DNA of 64,000 nucleotides. Source: Alphaproteobacteria bacterium. GTDB taxonomy: Bacteria > Pseudomonadota > Alphaproteobacteria > MPNO01. The stretch is taken from NCBI GenBank assembly GCA_963422565.1, contig OY730228.1, positions 321,802 through 385,801 on the forward strand, written 5' to 3'. This document shows, piece after piece, positions 51,900-60,880 of the stretch. Under the pieces are notes generated by a model. That model was not told the origin of the DNA, searched no databases, and saw only the letters and a program-made list of their open reading frames with translations. Every line of letters begins with the position of its first letter. The stretch's first letter is position 1. A program made the position numbers and the translations under genes.

Positions 51900-52814
51900 A
51901 TGAGAAAGTCGTCGCTCGCGGCGGTCGCCGCGATCCTGCTCGCGGCCGTCCCGGCGGAGGCCAAGACGATCGGCGTCGCGCTCGCGTCGGATACCAACCC
52001 GTTCTACATCGCGATGCTCGACGGGATCGAGAAACGCGCCGCCGCCAAGGGCCACGAGGTCATCGCCGTCACCGCCAACAACGATGCCGCACGGCAGCTC
52101 GACGGGGTCAACGACCTCATCGCGCGCAAGGTCGACGGCATATTGATCTCGCCGGTCGACGCGAAGGCGCTTTGCGGCGCCTACGCCAAGGCCAAGGATT
52201 CCGGGATCCCCATGGTGTCGATCGCCCGCGGCTCGGCCTGCAAGGAGCAGCTCCTGCACATCTCCGCCGACGAGATCCGGATCGGCAACGAGATCGCGGA
52301 ATGGACCGCCAAGGCCATCGGTTACAAGGGCAAGGTCGCGATGCTGGCTGGACCGGCCGGCGCCCAGGCCTTCCAGAACTTCGCCAAGGGCTATGAACAG
52401 GTCATGGCCAGGCACCAGGACATCAAGATCGCGTTCCGCCACGAGATGATACTGACCCGCGAAAACGGGCTGAAATACGGCGAGGACGCCCTGGTCTCGC
52501 ATCCCGACTTGAAGGCGATCTACGGCGCTAACGACGAGCTCGGGATGGGGGCCGCGCAGGCCGCCGCGGCCGCCGGCGTGAAGGGCCGGGTCGTCGTCAC
52601 CGGCATGAACGGCATCCCTCCGGCCGTGCGCGCCGTCAGGAAGGGGGCGATGGATTTGACGGTCGTGCTGAACCCGGTCCGGTGGGGCCATCTCGGCGTC
52701 GACACCATGAACGGGATCTTCGCGGGCGAGAGCTTCGGCAGCAAGGTGTTCGTGGCCCATGTCCTGGTCGACGGGTCCAATGTCGACGAGTTCATCCGCA
52801 AACCCGGGAAGTAG
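51900..52814 (+). CDS. ABC transporter periplasmic substrate-binding protein (ribose-binding-protein fold)
   Basis: Signal peptide MRKSSLAAVAAILLAAVPAEA, then a PBP type-I fold. 304 aa. RBS AGAGGGAGAGG. Confidence 0.85.
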   Translation: MRKSSLAAVAAILLAAVPAEAKTIGVALASDTNPFYIAMLDGIEKRAAAKGHEVIAVTANNDAARQLDGVNDLIARKVDGILISPVDAKALCGAYAKAKDSGIPMVSIARGSACKEQLLHISADEIRIGNEIAEWTAKAIGYKGKVAMLAGPAGAQAFQNFAKGYEQVMARHQDIKIAFRHEMILTRENGLKYGEDALVSHPDLKAIYGANDELGMGAAQAAAAAGVKGRVVVTGMNGIPPAVRAVRKGAMDLTVVLNPVRWGHLGVDTMNGIFAGESFGSKVFVAHVLVDGSNVDEFIRKPGK

Positions 52815-53838
52815 GGCGGCGGCGGCCCGTCCCGACGCGGAGCTGATCGCCGAGCTCGAGGCGTCCCGTCTCCATCCGCTCTGGACGCGCTACAGGGAGA
52901 TCACCCCGATCGCTCCCGAAGCGGCGGACCGGGCGGCGGTCTGGCGCTGGTCCGACATCGCCCCCTTCGCCGAACGCGCCGCCCGCGAGGTCCCGATCGA
53001 GGACATCGAGCGCCGCGCGCTCATCATGGTCAACCCGGATTTCGGCGGGCGGACCGTGACGACGGCCAACTTGATCGCGGCGTTCACCGTGCTCGAGCCC
53101 GGCGACAGGGCCGTACCTCACCGCCACACCGCTGCCGCGATCCGCTTCTCCACCGACGCGGAGGGTGCGGCGACCTTCGTCAACGGCCGGCGGTGCGAGA
53201 TGGGGAAGGGGGATCTGATCGTCACCCCGCCGATGTGCTGGCACGGCCATGTCAACGAATCCCGACGCCGCACGATCTGGTTCGATGGCGCCAACATCCC
53301 CCTGATCAACGAGCTCGGCGTCAACGTCTTCGAGCCCGGGCGCCCCGAGGACGCCCGGTCCTGGGAAGAAGCGGACGAGGGCGAGGAAAGGCTTTGGGCG
53401 GCCGCCGGGTTGATGTCGCCCGCGCATGCGCACGAGGCGCCGCACACGCCCAAGTTCCGCTACCCCGGCGCGGAGATGCGCGCCATGCTGGCGGCGGTGC
53501 CGGCGAGCCCCGACGGCGGACGATGGGTGCGCTACGTCAACCCGCTGACCGCGGGCGCCGTGATGCCCGCCCTCGACTGCTACGCCCTGCGGTTGGCCAA
53601 GGGCGCTGCCGGCCGGGCACGGCGCACGACCTGGAACGCGGTTTGCCTGGCGGTCTCCGGCGAAGGCCGATCCGAGATCGGCGAGACCGGCTTCGATTGG
53701 GTGGAGAACGACATCTTTTCGATCCCCCGCTGGAGCTGGGCGCGCCACCGCGCGATCGGCGGCGAAGCCGACCTTCTGGTCGTCACCGACCGTGTCGTCC
53801 AGGAAAGCCTGGGGGTCGCGCGAGAAGAGCTGGAATAG
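52780..53838 (+). CDS. second gentisate 1,2-dioxygenase-like bicupin (paralog of 4118..5176)
   Basis: AVPHRHTAAAIRF and CWHGHVNES motifs. Start set at ATG 52780 (352 aa, same length and N-terminal spacing as the paralog), overlapping the binding-protein gene by 35 nt. Confidence 0.7.
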   Translation: MSTSSSANPGSRAAAARPDAELIAELEASRLHPLWTRYREITPIAPEAADRAAVWRWSDIAPFAERAAREVPIEDIERRALIMVNPDFGGRTVTTANLIAAFTVLEPGDRAVPHRHTAAAIRFSTDAEGAATFVNGRRCEMGKGDLIVTPPMCWHGHVNESRRRTIWFDGANIPLINELGVNVFEPGRPEDARSWEEADEGEERLWAAAGLMSPAHAHEAPHTPKFRYPGAEMRAMLAAVPASPDGGRWVRYVNPLTAGAVMPALDCYALRLAKGAAGRARRTTWNAVCLAVSGEGRSEIGETGFDWVENDIFSIPRWSWARHRAIGGEADLLVVTDRVVQESLGVAREELE

Positions 53839-53867
53839 CCCGCACGGCAAGCACCCCGTTCACGGCC

Positions 53868-53925
53868 GAACGGAATCCTTGTATCTCTTGTTCGTCGACG
53901 TTATGGTGCAGTTATGGGGCCATCT
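53868..53925. promoter_or_regulatory. low-GC island with direct repeat GTTATGG(N4)GTTATGG upstream of the TRAP dctP gene (candidate operator/promoter)
   Basis: …cgacgttatggtgcagttatggggccatctctatcgactatgcg… in a 174-nt intergenic region. Confidence 0.35.
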
Positions 53926-54012
53926 CTATCGACTATGCGTCCGATTCGACGATGCAGTTCACGACCGCACGGACGCAACCCGCGCACGGGATATCGCATC
54001 CGGGAGGGAGCC

Positions 54013-55038
54013 ATGAAGCGTATGGGAATCAGAATTCTTCCGTCGACGGTCCTGGTCATCGGCGCGTTCGCCGCTTCTGCCGGATCGCCGTCGACCGCCG
54101 GCGCCGTCGAACTAAAAGCGGCAACCTTCATGTCGCCCAAGCATCCGATCAACCAGGGCGTGATTCCGGCGCTGGCGAAGAATCTGGCAGAGGAAACCGG
54201 CGGCTCGCTGACCGTCAAGCTGTTTCCCAGCGGTCAGCTCGGCAAGGGGCCGGTCGCACAATACAAGCGGGTCGTCGACAACGTGGCCGAGATAACCTTC
54301 GGCATCCAGGGCTACACGCCGACCATCTTCCCCCGCACGATGGTCATCGCCCAGCCGGGCGTCGGCTACAGCTCCCAGGAGGTGACCGAGAAAATCTGGA
54401 AAGTGTACGATCGGCATCTCAAGCCGGAATACGAGGAGATCAAGGTACTGGCGCTGTTCTCCAACTGGCCGCCGGTGCTGATCAGCCGCAAGAAACCGAT
54501 CACCAGTCTCGCCGACCTCAAGGGCATGAAGATCAGAGCGCAATCGCCGGCCAACATACCCCAACTGATGGCCTGGGGCGCCACCGGGGTCTATATGCCG
54601 GTATCCAAGATCTATAACGCATTGCAGACCGGCGTGCTCGACGGCGTCTACATCTCGCCGGGTGCGCTGTACCGCCCGTGGCGGCTTGCCGAGCCGGGCG
54701 AGCATGTGACCGCAGGCATGAAGGGCCCGACCTCCCTGTTCTTCATCGCCATGAACAAGCGGGTCTGGAACGGCCTGTCGGCGGAACACAAGGCCGCGGT
54801 GGACAAGCACAGCGGACGCGGTTACAGCATGATGGCGGCCGAGTTCTGGGGAAACATCGACTCTGGCCAGTTGAACATCGCCAGAACCGAAGGAAAAGGC
54901 GTCGAGTTCCACCAGCTTTCCGAGCAAGCGGCCGCCTCGTTCGATGCGGCCACCGCCAAGTCGGTCGAGGCCTTCCTCGCGGACAAGGAAAAGAAGGGCG
55001 TTCCCGCCCGGGCGATCTACAAGGCGGTGACGGAGTAG
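54013..55038 (+). CDS. dctP: TRAP transporter substrate-binding protein (DctP family)
   Basis: ATG at 54013 with GGGAGGGAG RBS, signal peptide, then DctP fold. 341 aa. Confidence 0.85.
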   Translation: MKRMGIRILPSTVLVIGAFAASAGSPSTAGAVELKAATFMSPKHPINQGVIPALAKNLAEETGGSLTVKLFPSGQLGKGPVAQYKRVVDNVAEITFGIQGYTPTIFPRTMVIAQPGVGYSSQEVTEKIWKVYDRHLKPEYEEIKVLALFSNWPPVLISRKKPITSLADLKGMKIRAQSPANIPQLMAWGATGVYMPVSKIYNALQTGVLDGVYISPGALYRPWRLAEPGEHVTAGMKGPTSLFFIAMNKRVWNGLSAEHKAAVDKHSGRGYSMMAAEFWGNIDSGQLNIARTEGKGVEFHQLSEQAAASFDAATAKSVEAFLADKEKKGVPARAIYKAVTE

Positions 55039-55068
55039 AACCGGCGCCGCCGCAGGACGATCGGAAAC

Positions 55069-55608
55069 TTGTCCGGGGCGGACCCGGTCGCGGATCGCCT
55101 GGTCGAAGTCGTCGACCGGGCGGTTCGCCCGATCGCTCTCTATGCCGGCGGCATCGCCTTGATCGGGCTCGCGCTTCTGACCGTGGTGGCGGTCGTCCTG
55201 CGCTACGTCTTCAACGCGCCCATCTTCGGGGCCGACGACTTCAACCAGATCCTTCTGGTCCTCACGGTCGCCTTCGCGGTGGGGTATAGCGGGCGCAGCG
55301 GGGGCCAGGTGGTGGTGGAAGTCCTCGGCATCGTCTCGGGCCCGGCGCTCACCCGGCGGACGGACATCGTCGTCAAGACGGCGGGCTGCACGATGATGGC
55401 CGTGCTGGTCTGGATGCTGATCGAAAGCGGCATCAACGCCGCCAAGTACGGCGAAACCACTTTGTCACTCGAGATCACCCTGCGGCCGCTATTCTGGGCG
55501 CTCGCTTTCGGCATGGCGCTTTACGGCCTCGTGCTGTTCGCGGAGACCGTGGCCCTGATCCGGGGACGAGACCCCGGCGAAGCGCCTGGCACCGCGACCG
55601 ACCCGTAA
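55069..55608 (+). CDS. dctQ: TRAP transporter small permease (DctQ)
   Basis: 4-TM, 179 aa, between dctP and dctM. Confidence 0.8.
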   Translation: MSGADPVADRLVEVVDRAVRPIALYAGGIALIGLALLTVVAVVLRYVFNAPIFGADDFNQILLVLTVAFAVGYSGRSGGQVVVEVLGIVSGPALTRRTDIVVKTAGCTMMAVLVWMLIESGINAAKYGETTLSLEITLRPLFWALAFGMALYGLVLFAETVALIRGRDPGEAPGTATDP

Positions 55609-55622
55609 TCGGGAAACCCGGC

Positions 55623-56930
55623 TTGTCGGCCACCGCCATCGGAATCGTCGGGCTGTTCGCGCTGTTCGCGCTGCTGTTCCTGAGGATGCCGGTCGCGATG
55701 GCGATGATGATCGTCGGGTTCTTCGGCACCGCCACGATGATCGGCGCCAAGGCGGCGCTCAGCACGCTGTCGAGCGAGTCCTTCGAAATCGCCGCCACGC
55801 TGCCGCTGACCGTCATCCCGCTGTTCGTGCTCATGGGCAACCTGGCTGGAGTGTCGGGCATGAGCGCCGACCTGTTCAACGCCGCTTATGCCTGGCTCGG
55901 GCATCGGCGCGGCGGGCTGGCGTCGGCGACCATAGCCGGCTGCGCCGGTTTCGCCGCGCTCAGCGGCTCCTCGATCGCCTCGGCGGTGACCATGGGACGG
56001 GTCGCGCTGCCGGAGATGAAACGGTTCGACTACGGAGACAGCCTGGCGACCGGCGCGGTGGCGGCGGGCGGGACCCTCGGCATCCTGATCCCGCCTTCGA
56101 CCGGGCTGATCATCTACGCCATTCTGACCGAACAATCCATCGGCCGGCTGTTCATGGCGGGAATCGTTCCCGGGCTGTTGCTCACCGGGCTGTTCCTCGT
56201 CGCGATCGCCGTCGTGACGCGGCTCAAGCCCGAGCTGGGACCGGCCGGCCCGACCAGCTCGCTGGCCGAGAGGCTGTCGTCGCTGCGGCGTTCGGCGACC
56301 TTCGTCGTCATCGTGCTCGCGACCATCGGCGGCATCTATATGGGCGTCTTCACGCCGGTCGAGGCGTCCGGCGTCGGCGCCTTTCTGGCGTTTTGCGTGG
56401 CTCTGTACCGGAAGTCGCTGGATCGGGGAAAAGTCCGGTTCGTGGTTCTGCAGACCCTGCGAACAACGGCGACCGTCTTCATGATTCTGATCGGCGCCCA
56501 TATCTTCATTCCGTTCATGGCGCTGACCGGGCTGCCGTCCGATCTGGTGACTTTCCTGGTCAATCTGGATATCGGCAAGACCGGCGTCCTGCTGATTATT
56601 CTGGCGACCTATATCGTGCTCGGCACCTTCCTCGAGGGGCTGGCGATGCTGGTGCTGACCCTGCCGGTGGTCTTCGAGGTGATCACCCAGCTCGGGATGA
56701 GCCCGATCTGGTTCGGCATCGTGGTGGTGATCGTGCTGGAAATGGGGCTCATCAGCCCACCGGTCGGCGTCAACGTGTTCGTCGTCAAGAGCGTCGCCCC
56801 GGATGTGCCCATGGCGACCATCTTCCGCGGCATCTGGCCGTTCTGGTTCGCCATGGCGGCATGCCTGATCATCCTCGTGGCATTCCCGGAAATCGCCACC
56901 TTTCTCCCGGACAGCATGTTCGGCATGTGA
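55623..56930 (+). CDS. dctM: TRAP transporter large permease (DctM)
   Basis: 435 aa, 12-TM DctM family. TTG start. Confidence 0.85.
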   Translation: MSATAIGIVGLFALFALLFLRMPVAMAMMIVGFFGTATMIGAKAALSTLSSESFEIAATLPLTVIPLFVLMGNLAGVSGMSADLFNAAYAWLGHRRGGLASATIAGCAGFAALSGSSIASAVTMGRVALPEMKRFDYGDSLATGAVAAGGTLGILIPPSTGLIIYAILTEQSIGRLFMAGIVPGLLLTGLFLVAIAVVTRLKPELGPAGPTSSLAERLSSLRRSATFVVIVLATIGGIYMGVFTPVEASGVGAFLAFCVALYRKSLDRGKVRFVVLQTLRTTATVFMILIGAHIFIPFMALTGLPSDLVTFLVNLDIGKTGVLLIILATYIVLGTFLEGLAMLVLTLPVVFEVITQLGMSPIWFGIVVVIVLEMGLISPPVGVNVFVVKSVAPDVPMATIFRGIWPFWFAMAACLIILVAFPEIATFLPDSMFGM

Positions 56931-56936
56931 CCGGCC

Positions 56937-57404
56937 CTACCGCGCGACGCGGTAGTCCCGGTGGCAGGCGCTGCAACTCCGCGCGACGGTGCGGAAAGCC
57001 CGATCGGCGCCCGGCCGATCGCCGGCGCGCAGGGATGTTTCGAGGGCGTGCGCCGCCGCGATGAGCGCGTCCGCCTCTGCGCGAAACCCGTCCGGATCGC
57101 GCCAGATCGCCCTGCCGGCCTCCGAGACCCCGCCAAGACTGCCCTCGGGAAAGAGCGCCACGATCCCGCCCGCCCGCCGGGCGAGGGCCGCTGCCGCCGT
57201 CGCCGCCGCCGCATCGAAGGGCGCGGCTCCTCTGGTCATCGCGCCGATGGCCTTCATGGAGCGCGCCATCGCCTTCATCTCTTCCATGCGTTCCCGGACC
57301 ACTCCCTGGGCCGCCTGATGGGCGTCGGTCGCCGAACCGGCGGCCAGCAGCAGGACGGCCGCGAGTATCCCCATGCGGCGTTTTCGGGCGGCCGATCCGC
57401 TCAT
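56937..57404 (-). CDS. class II cytochrome c (cytochrome c'/c-556 type)
   Basis: Signal peptide, four-helix-bundle-type sequence with C-terminal CSACH heme-binding motif. 155 aa. Confidence 0.7.
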   Translation of the reverse strand: MSGSAARKRRMGILAAVLLLAAGSATDAHQAAQGVVRERMEEMKAMARSMKAIGAMTRGAAPFDAAAATAAAALARRAGGIVALFPEGSLGGVSEAGRAIWRDPDGFRAEADALIAAAHALETSLRAGDRPGADRAFRTVARSCSACHRDYRVAR

Positions 57405-57540
57405 CGCCTCTCCCTCCTACAATATCGGACGACGGTAGCGGACAATCGACGCGCGCCATCCGTCAAGCCCCGACCGCGTTCGTTGCCGCCTCGCCCGACG
57501 CCGACTATGATCCGGCCTCTCGAGGCGAGGGACGGGCGTC

Positions 57541-58419
57541 ATGAACGAAAGCGTTTCGGTGGCATTCGTCGGGCTCGGAGTCATGGGCTTTCCCATGGCG
57601 GGGCATCTCGCCGCCAAGGGCCATCGGGTGACAGTCTACAACCGGACCGTGGCGAAGGCGGCCGCCTGGGTCGAGGCGCATGGCGGAGCGCGCAGGCCGA
57701 CCCCGGCGGACGCCGCCCGAGACGCCGCGTTCGTATTCTGCTGCGTCGGCAACGACGACGATCTGCGCTCGGTGGTCCACGGCCCCGACGGCGTTCTCGC
57801 CGGGATGACCGCCGGGGCGGTTCTCGTCGATCACACGACCACCTCCGCCATCGTCGCCCGCGAGATCGCCGCCGCCGCGCGCGCGATCGATACCGGGTTT
57901 CTCGATGCGCCGGTCTCGGGCGGACAGGCGGGGGCCGAGAACGGCGCGTTGACGATCATGGCGGGCGGCGAGGCGGAGACCTTCGCGCGGGCGCGGCCGA
58001 TCCTCGAGAGCTACGGCCGTACCATCGTCCATATGGGCGAGGCGGGAACGGGTCAGCTCACCAAGATGGTCAACCAGATCTGTATCGCCGGCATCGTTCA
58101 AGGGCTGTCGGAGGGCCTCAACTTCGCCGTCCGGGCGGGTCTCGACGCCGAAAGGGCGGTAGAGGTCATCGCCGGCGGTGCGGCGCAGTCCTGGCAGATG
58201 GACAACCGCGCCGCGACCATGCTGGCCGGCAAGTACGACTACGGCTTCGCGGTCGACTGGATGCGCAAGGATCTCGGCATCTGCCTCGACGAAGGCAACC
58301 GCACCGGCGCGCGGCTGCCCCTGACGGCGCTCGTCGACCAGTTCTACAAGCATGTGCAGGCGCGGGGCGGCGGCCGCTACGACACGTCCAGCCTGATGCT
58401 CTTGCTGACCGAGGACTGA
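57541..58419 (+). CDS. NAD(P)-dependent oxidoreductase, 3-hydroxyisobutyrate dehydrogenase family (second copy)
   Basis: VAFVGLGVMGFPMAGHL. 292 aa. Confidence 0.8.
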   Translation: MNESVSVAFVGLGVMGFPMAGHLAAKGHRVTVYNRTVAKAAAWVEAHGGARRPTPADAARDAAFVFCCVGNDDDLRSVVHGPDGVLAGMTAGAVLVDHTTTSAIVAREIAAAARAIDTGFLDAPVSGGQAGAENGALTIMAGGEAETFARARPILESYGRTIVHMGEAGTGQLTKMVNQICIAGIVQGLSEGLNFAVRAGLDAERAVEVIAGGAAQSWQMDNRAATMLAGKYDYGFAVDWMRKDLGICLDEGNRTGARLPLTALVDQFYKHVQARGGGRYDTSSLMLLLTED

Positions 58420-58421
58420 CG

Positions 58422-59249
58422 TCAGCCGCGACGTTTGGCCTCGGTCCAAAGCGCGTCCATCTCCTCGAGGCTCGCGGCCTCTGGAGTCCGGCCCCGATCG
58501 GCGAGCCGGCGCTCGATGTAGCGAAAGCGCGCGCCGAACTTCTCGTTGCACCGCCCAAGCGCGGTCTCCGCATCGATGCCGAGATGGCGAGCGACATTGA
58601 CGCAGGCGAAAAGCAGATCGCCGAGCTCTTCGGCCGTCTCCTCCGGGTTGCGACCGCGGTCCACGGCGCGGCGAAGCTCGTTCAGCTCCTCGGCCACTTT
58701 CGCCAGCACCGGACCGATCTCGGGCCAGTCGAAACCCACCCGCGCGGCCCGGCTCTGAAGTTTCAGCGCACGCGCAAGCGCAGGGAGGGCGAGCGCCACC
58801 CCGTCCAGGGCGCTGCCGGCCCCGTCGTTCCGGGCGGGGTCCGCCGCCCGTTCCTCGGCCTTCCGCGCCTCCCAGGCCAGCTTCACGCCGGCAGCATCGG
58901 TTTCCGCCGCGTCGCCGAACACGTGCGGATGGCGTCTTCGCATCTTGTCGATAAGGGCGCGCGCGACGTCGCCGAAGTCGAAGGCCCCGAGTTCTCGCGC
59001 CATCTCCGCATGAAAGACCACCTGGAGCAACAGATCGCCCAGCTCGTCGCGAAGCGCGGTCAGGTCCTCGCGGGCGATAGCGTCCGCGACCTCGTAGGCT
59101 TCCTCGATCGTATAGGGGGCGATGGTCGCGAAGGTCTGCACGCGATCCCAGGGGCAGCCCGTCTCGCGGTCCCGGAGCCGGATCATCAGCGCCAGAAGCT
59201 CGGCGACCGCCGCCGCCGGGGACCGGGACTCGCGTCGCGACGTCATCGC
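58422..59249 (-). CDS. mazG: nucleoside triphosphate pyrophosphohydrolase MazG
   Basis: …EEAYEVADAI… and two MazG EEXXE/D motifs. Start MTSRRE at 59249. Confidence 0.85.
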   Translation of the reverse strand, partial: AMTSRRESRSPAAAVAELLALMIRLRDRETGCPWDRVQTFATIAPYTIEEAYEVADAIAREDLTALRDELGDLLLQVVFHAEMARELGAFDFGDVARALIDKMRRRHPHVFGDAAETDAAGVKLAWEARKAEERAADPARNDGAGSALDGVALALPALARALKLQSRAARVGFDWPEIGPVLAKVAEELNELRRAVDRGRNPEETAEELGDLLFACVNVARHLGIDAETALGRCNEKFGARFRYIERRLADRGRTPEAASLEEMDALWTEAKRRG

Positions 59250-59324
59250 CGTCCGATGCGGGCTGGGGGGTGATCCGCATCCCGGCCAGAAGGACATCCA
59301 TATCTATTTGTCGCATAATAGTTG

Positions 59325-60095
59325 TTATGAAACATCAATGATCATCCCATCATAGGCCGGTTCGACCTCATCGGGCGTCGCCGCGCGAAGCGCGTCATAG
59401 TCGCTCTGGTGGTTCATATGGGTCAGGATCGCCCGTTGAGGCTGGACGCGGTCCAGCCAGCCCCGAGTCGTCGGCCAGTGAGCGTGCGTGGGATGCGCCG
59501 GCCCGAGCCGCAGACAGTCGACGATCCAGCTCTCGACGCCGGCGAGCTTCTCCAGGCTGGTCTGCGGCAGGGCCACGACATCGGTCGAGTAAGCGAATCT
59601 GTCGAATCTGAACCCGGTCGATGCCGCGATCCCGTGGTCCTGGGGGAATGCCGCGACCGGTCTGCCGAACAACTCGAAGTCCCCGTCGATCGGCTTCGGA
59701 ACCAGAAAAGGCGGATAGGCGCGCTCGGGTCCCGCCGCGCCGACGAACAGATAGGGAAAGCGCGTCACGATCTCGTCGAGCACCGGCGCTTCGGCATGGA
59801 CCGGGATCGGCCCGTCCATCAGCGGCCGGACGCCCCGAAGATCGTCGATGCCGTGGACATGGTCGGCATGCGCGTGGGTGAACAGGACCGCGTCGACTCG
59901 CGTGACCGCGTTTTCGAGCAGTTGTTGGCGCAGGTCGGGCGCAGTGTCGACGAGGATGTTGACCCCATCCCATTCGACCAGAATCGACGGTCGCAGGCGT
60001 CGGTTCCTCGGATTCGCCGGGTTGCAGGCGCCCCAGTCGCCGCCTATTCGGGGGACGCCTTGAGAGGACGCACAGCCGAGAATCCGCGCTCTCAC
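59325..60095 (-). CDS. MBL-fold metallo-hydrolase
   Basis: HAHADH motif. GTG start (…VRARILGCASSQGVPR) overlapping the tatD stop (GTGA). 256 aa. Confidence 0.75.
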   Translation of the reverse strand: MRARILGCASSQGVPRIGGDWGACNPANPRNRRLRPSILVEWDGVNILVDTAPDLRQQLLENAVTRVDAVLFTHAHADHVHGIDDLRGVRPLMDGPIPVHAEAPVLDEIVTRFPYLFVGAAGPERAYPPFLVPKPIDGDFELFGRPVAAFPQDHGIAASTGFRFDRFAYSTDVVALPQTSLEKLAGVESWIVDCLRLGPAHPTHAHWPTTRGWLDRVQPQRAILTHMNHQSDYDALRAATPDEVEPAYDGMIIDVS

Positions 60096-60880
60096 GGCGC
60101 CGCGCGTCGAAACGACTTCTCGAACAATCGGAAGAAGTTGGCGGTCGTCTCTCGATGGATCTCCTCGGCCGCGACCCCGCGCAGCTCGGCCAGCCGCCAC
60201 GCCGTATGGCGGACGAAGGCGGGTTCGTTCCGCTTTCCCCTTTCCGGCACCGGGGCGAGAAACGGGGCGTCGGTCTCGACCAGGATCCGGTTCCCCGGCA
60301 GGTCGCGGGCGATCGCCCGCAACGCATCCGACTTCTTGAAGGTGAGAATGCCGGAAAAGGACAGATACAGGCCGAGCGCGACCGCGGCCTCGGCGAGCCT
60401 CCGTCCGCTCGAGAAGCAGTGCAGCACGCCCGAGAAGCGCCCCCGCCCCATCTCGGTCCGGAGGATATCGACCATGTCGTCGTCGGCGTCCCGGCTGTGC
60501 ACGACCAACGGGAGCCCCGTGGCGCGCGCCGCGGCGATGTGGTTCAGGAAGCTCTTGCGCTGCAGATCCCTGGGGCTGTTGTCATAGTGGTAATCGAGAC
60601 CCGTTTCGCCGATGCCCACGATCTCGGGCTCGTCGGCGGCCGCGATCAACATGGCGGCGGGGACGATCCCTTCGCTCGCCACGTGATGGGGATGGACGCC
60701 GAGGGTGCAATCGATCCCGGCCGCGCCCCGCGCGATGGCCAGGACATCGGGAAACGCGCTGAGCCTGGTGCCGATGGTGACCATCCGGCCCACGCCCGCC
60801 TCCACCGCGCGGGCGATAATCTCGCCGCGATCCTCGTCGAAGTCCGGAAAATCGAGATGACAATGGCTGTCGATCAACAT
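60092..60880 (-). CDS. tatD: TatD family metal-dependent DNase/hydrolase
   Basis: MLIDSHCHLDF… 262 aa. The long N-terminal extension in the track is rejected. Confidence 0.85.
   Translation of the reverse strand: MLIDSHCHLDFPDFDEDRGEIIARAVEAGVGRMVTIGTRLSAFPDVLAIARGAAGIDCTLGVHPHHVASEGIVPAAMLIAAADEPEIVGIGETGLDYHYDNSPRDLQRKSFLNHIAAARATGLPLVVHSRDADDDMVDILRTEMGRGRFSGVLHCFSSGRRLAEAAVALGLYLSFSGILTFKKSDALRAIARDLPGNRILVETDAPFLAPVPERGKRNEPAFVRHTAWRLAELRGVAAEEIHRETTANFFRLFEKSFRRAAP

Noticed and set aside
57405-57540. Possible fourth copy of the inverted-repeat element (cgacaatcgacg…ttgccgcctcgcccg…cctctcgaggcgaggg)
   Set aside because: Shares short words with copies A to C, but the order of arm-like and core-like segments differs and the similarity is within what chance could give in GC-rich DNA. 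Needs a profile search.
57505-59316. 603-aa minus-strand ORF
   Set aside because: Runs antisense through the HIBADH-like gene and in an alternate frame of mazG. Arg/Gly/Pro-rich artefact.
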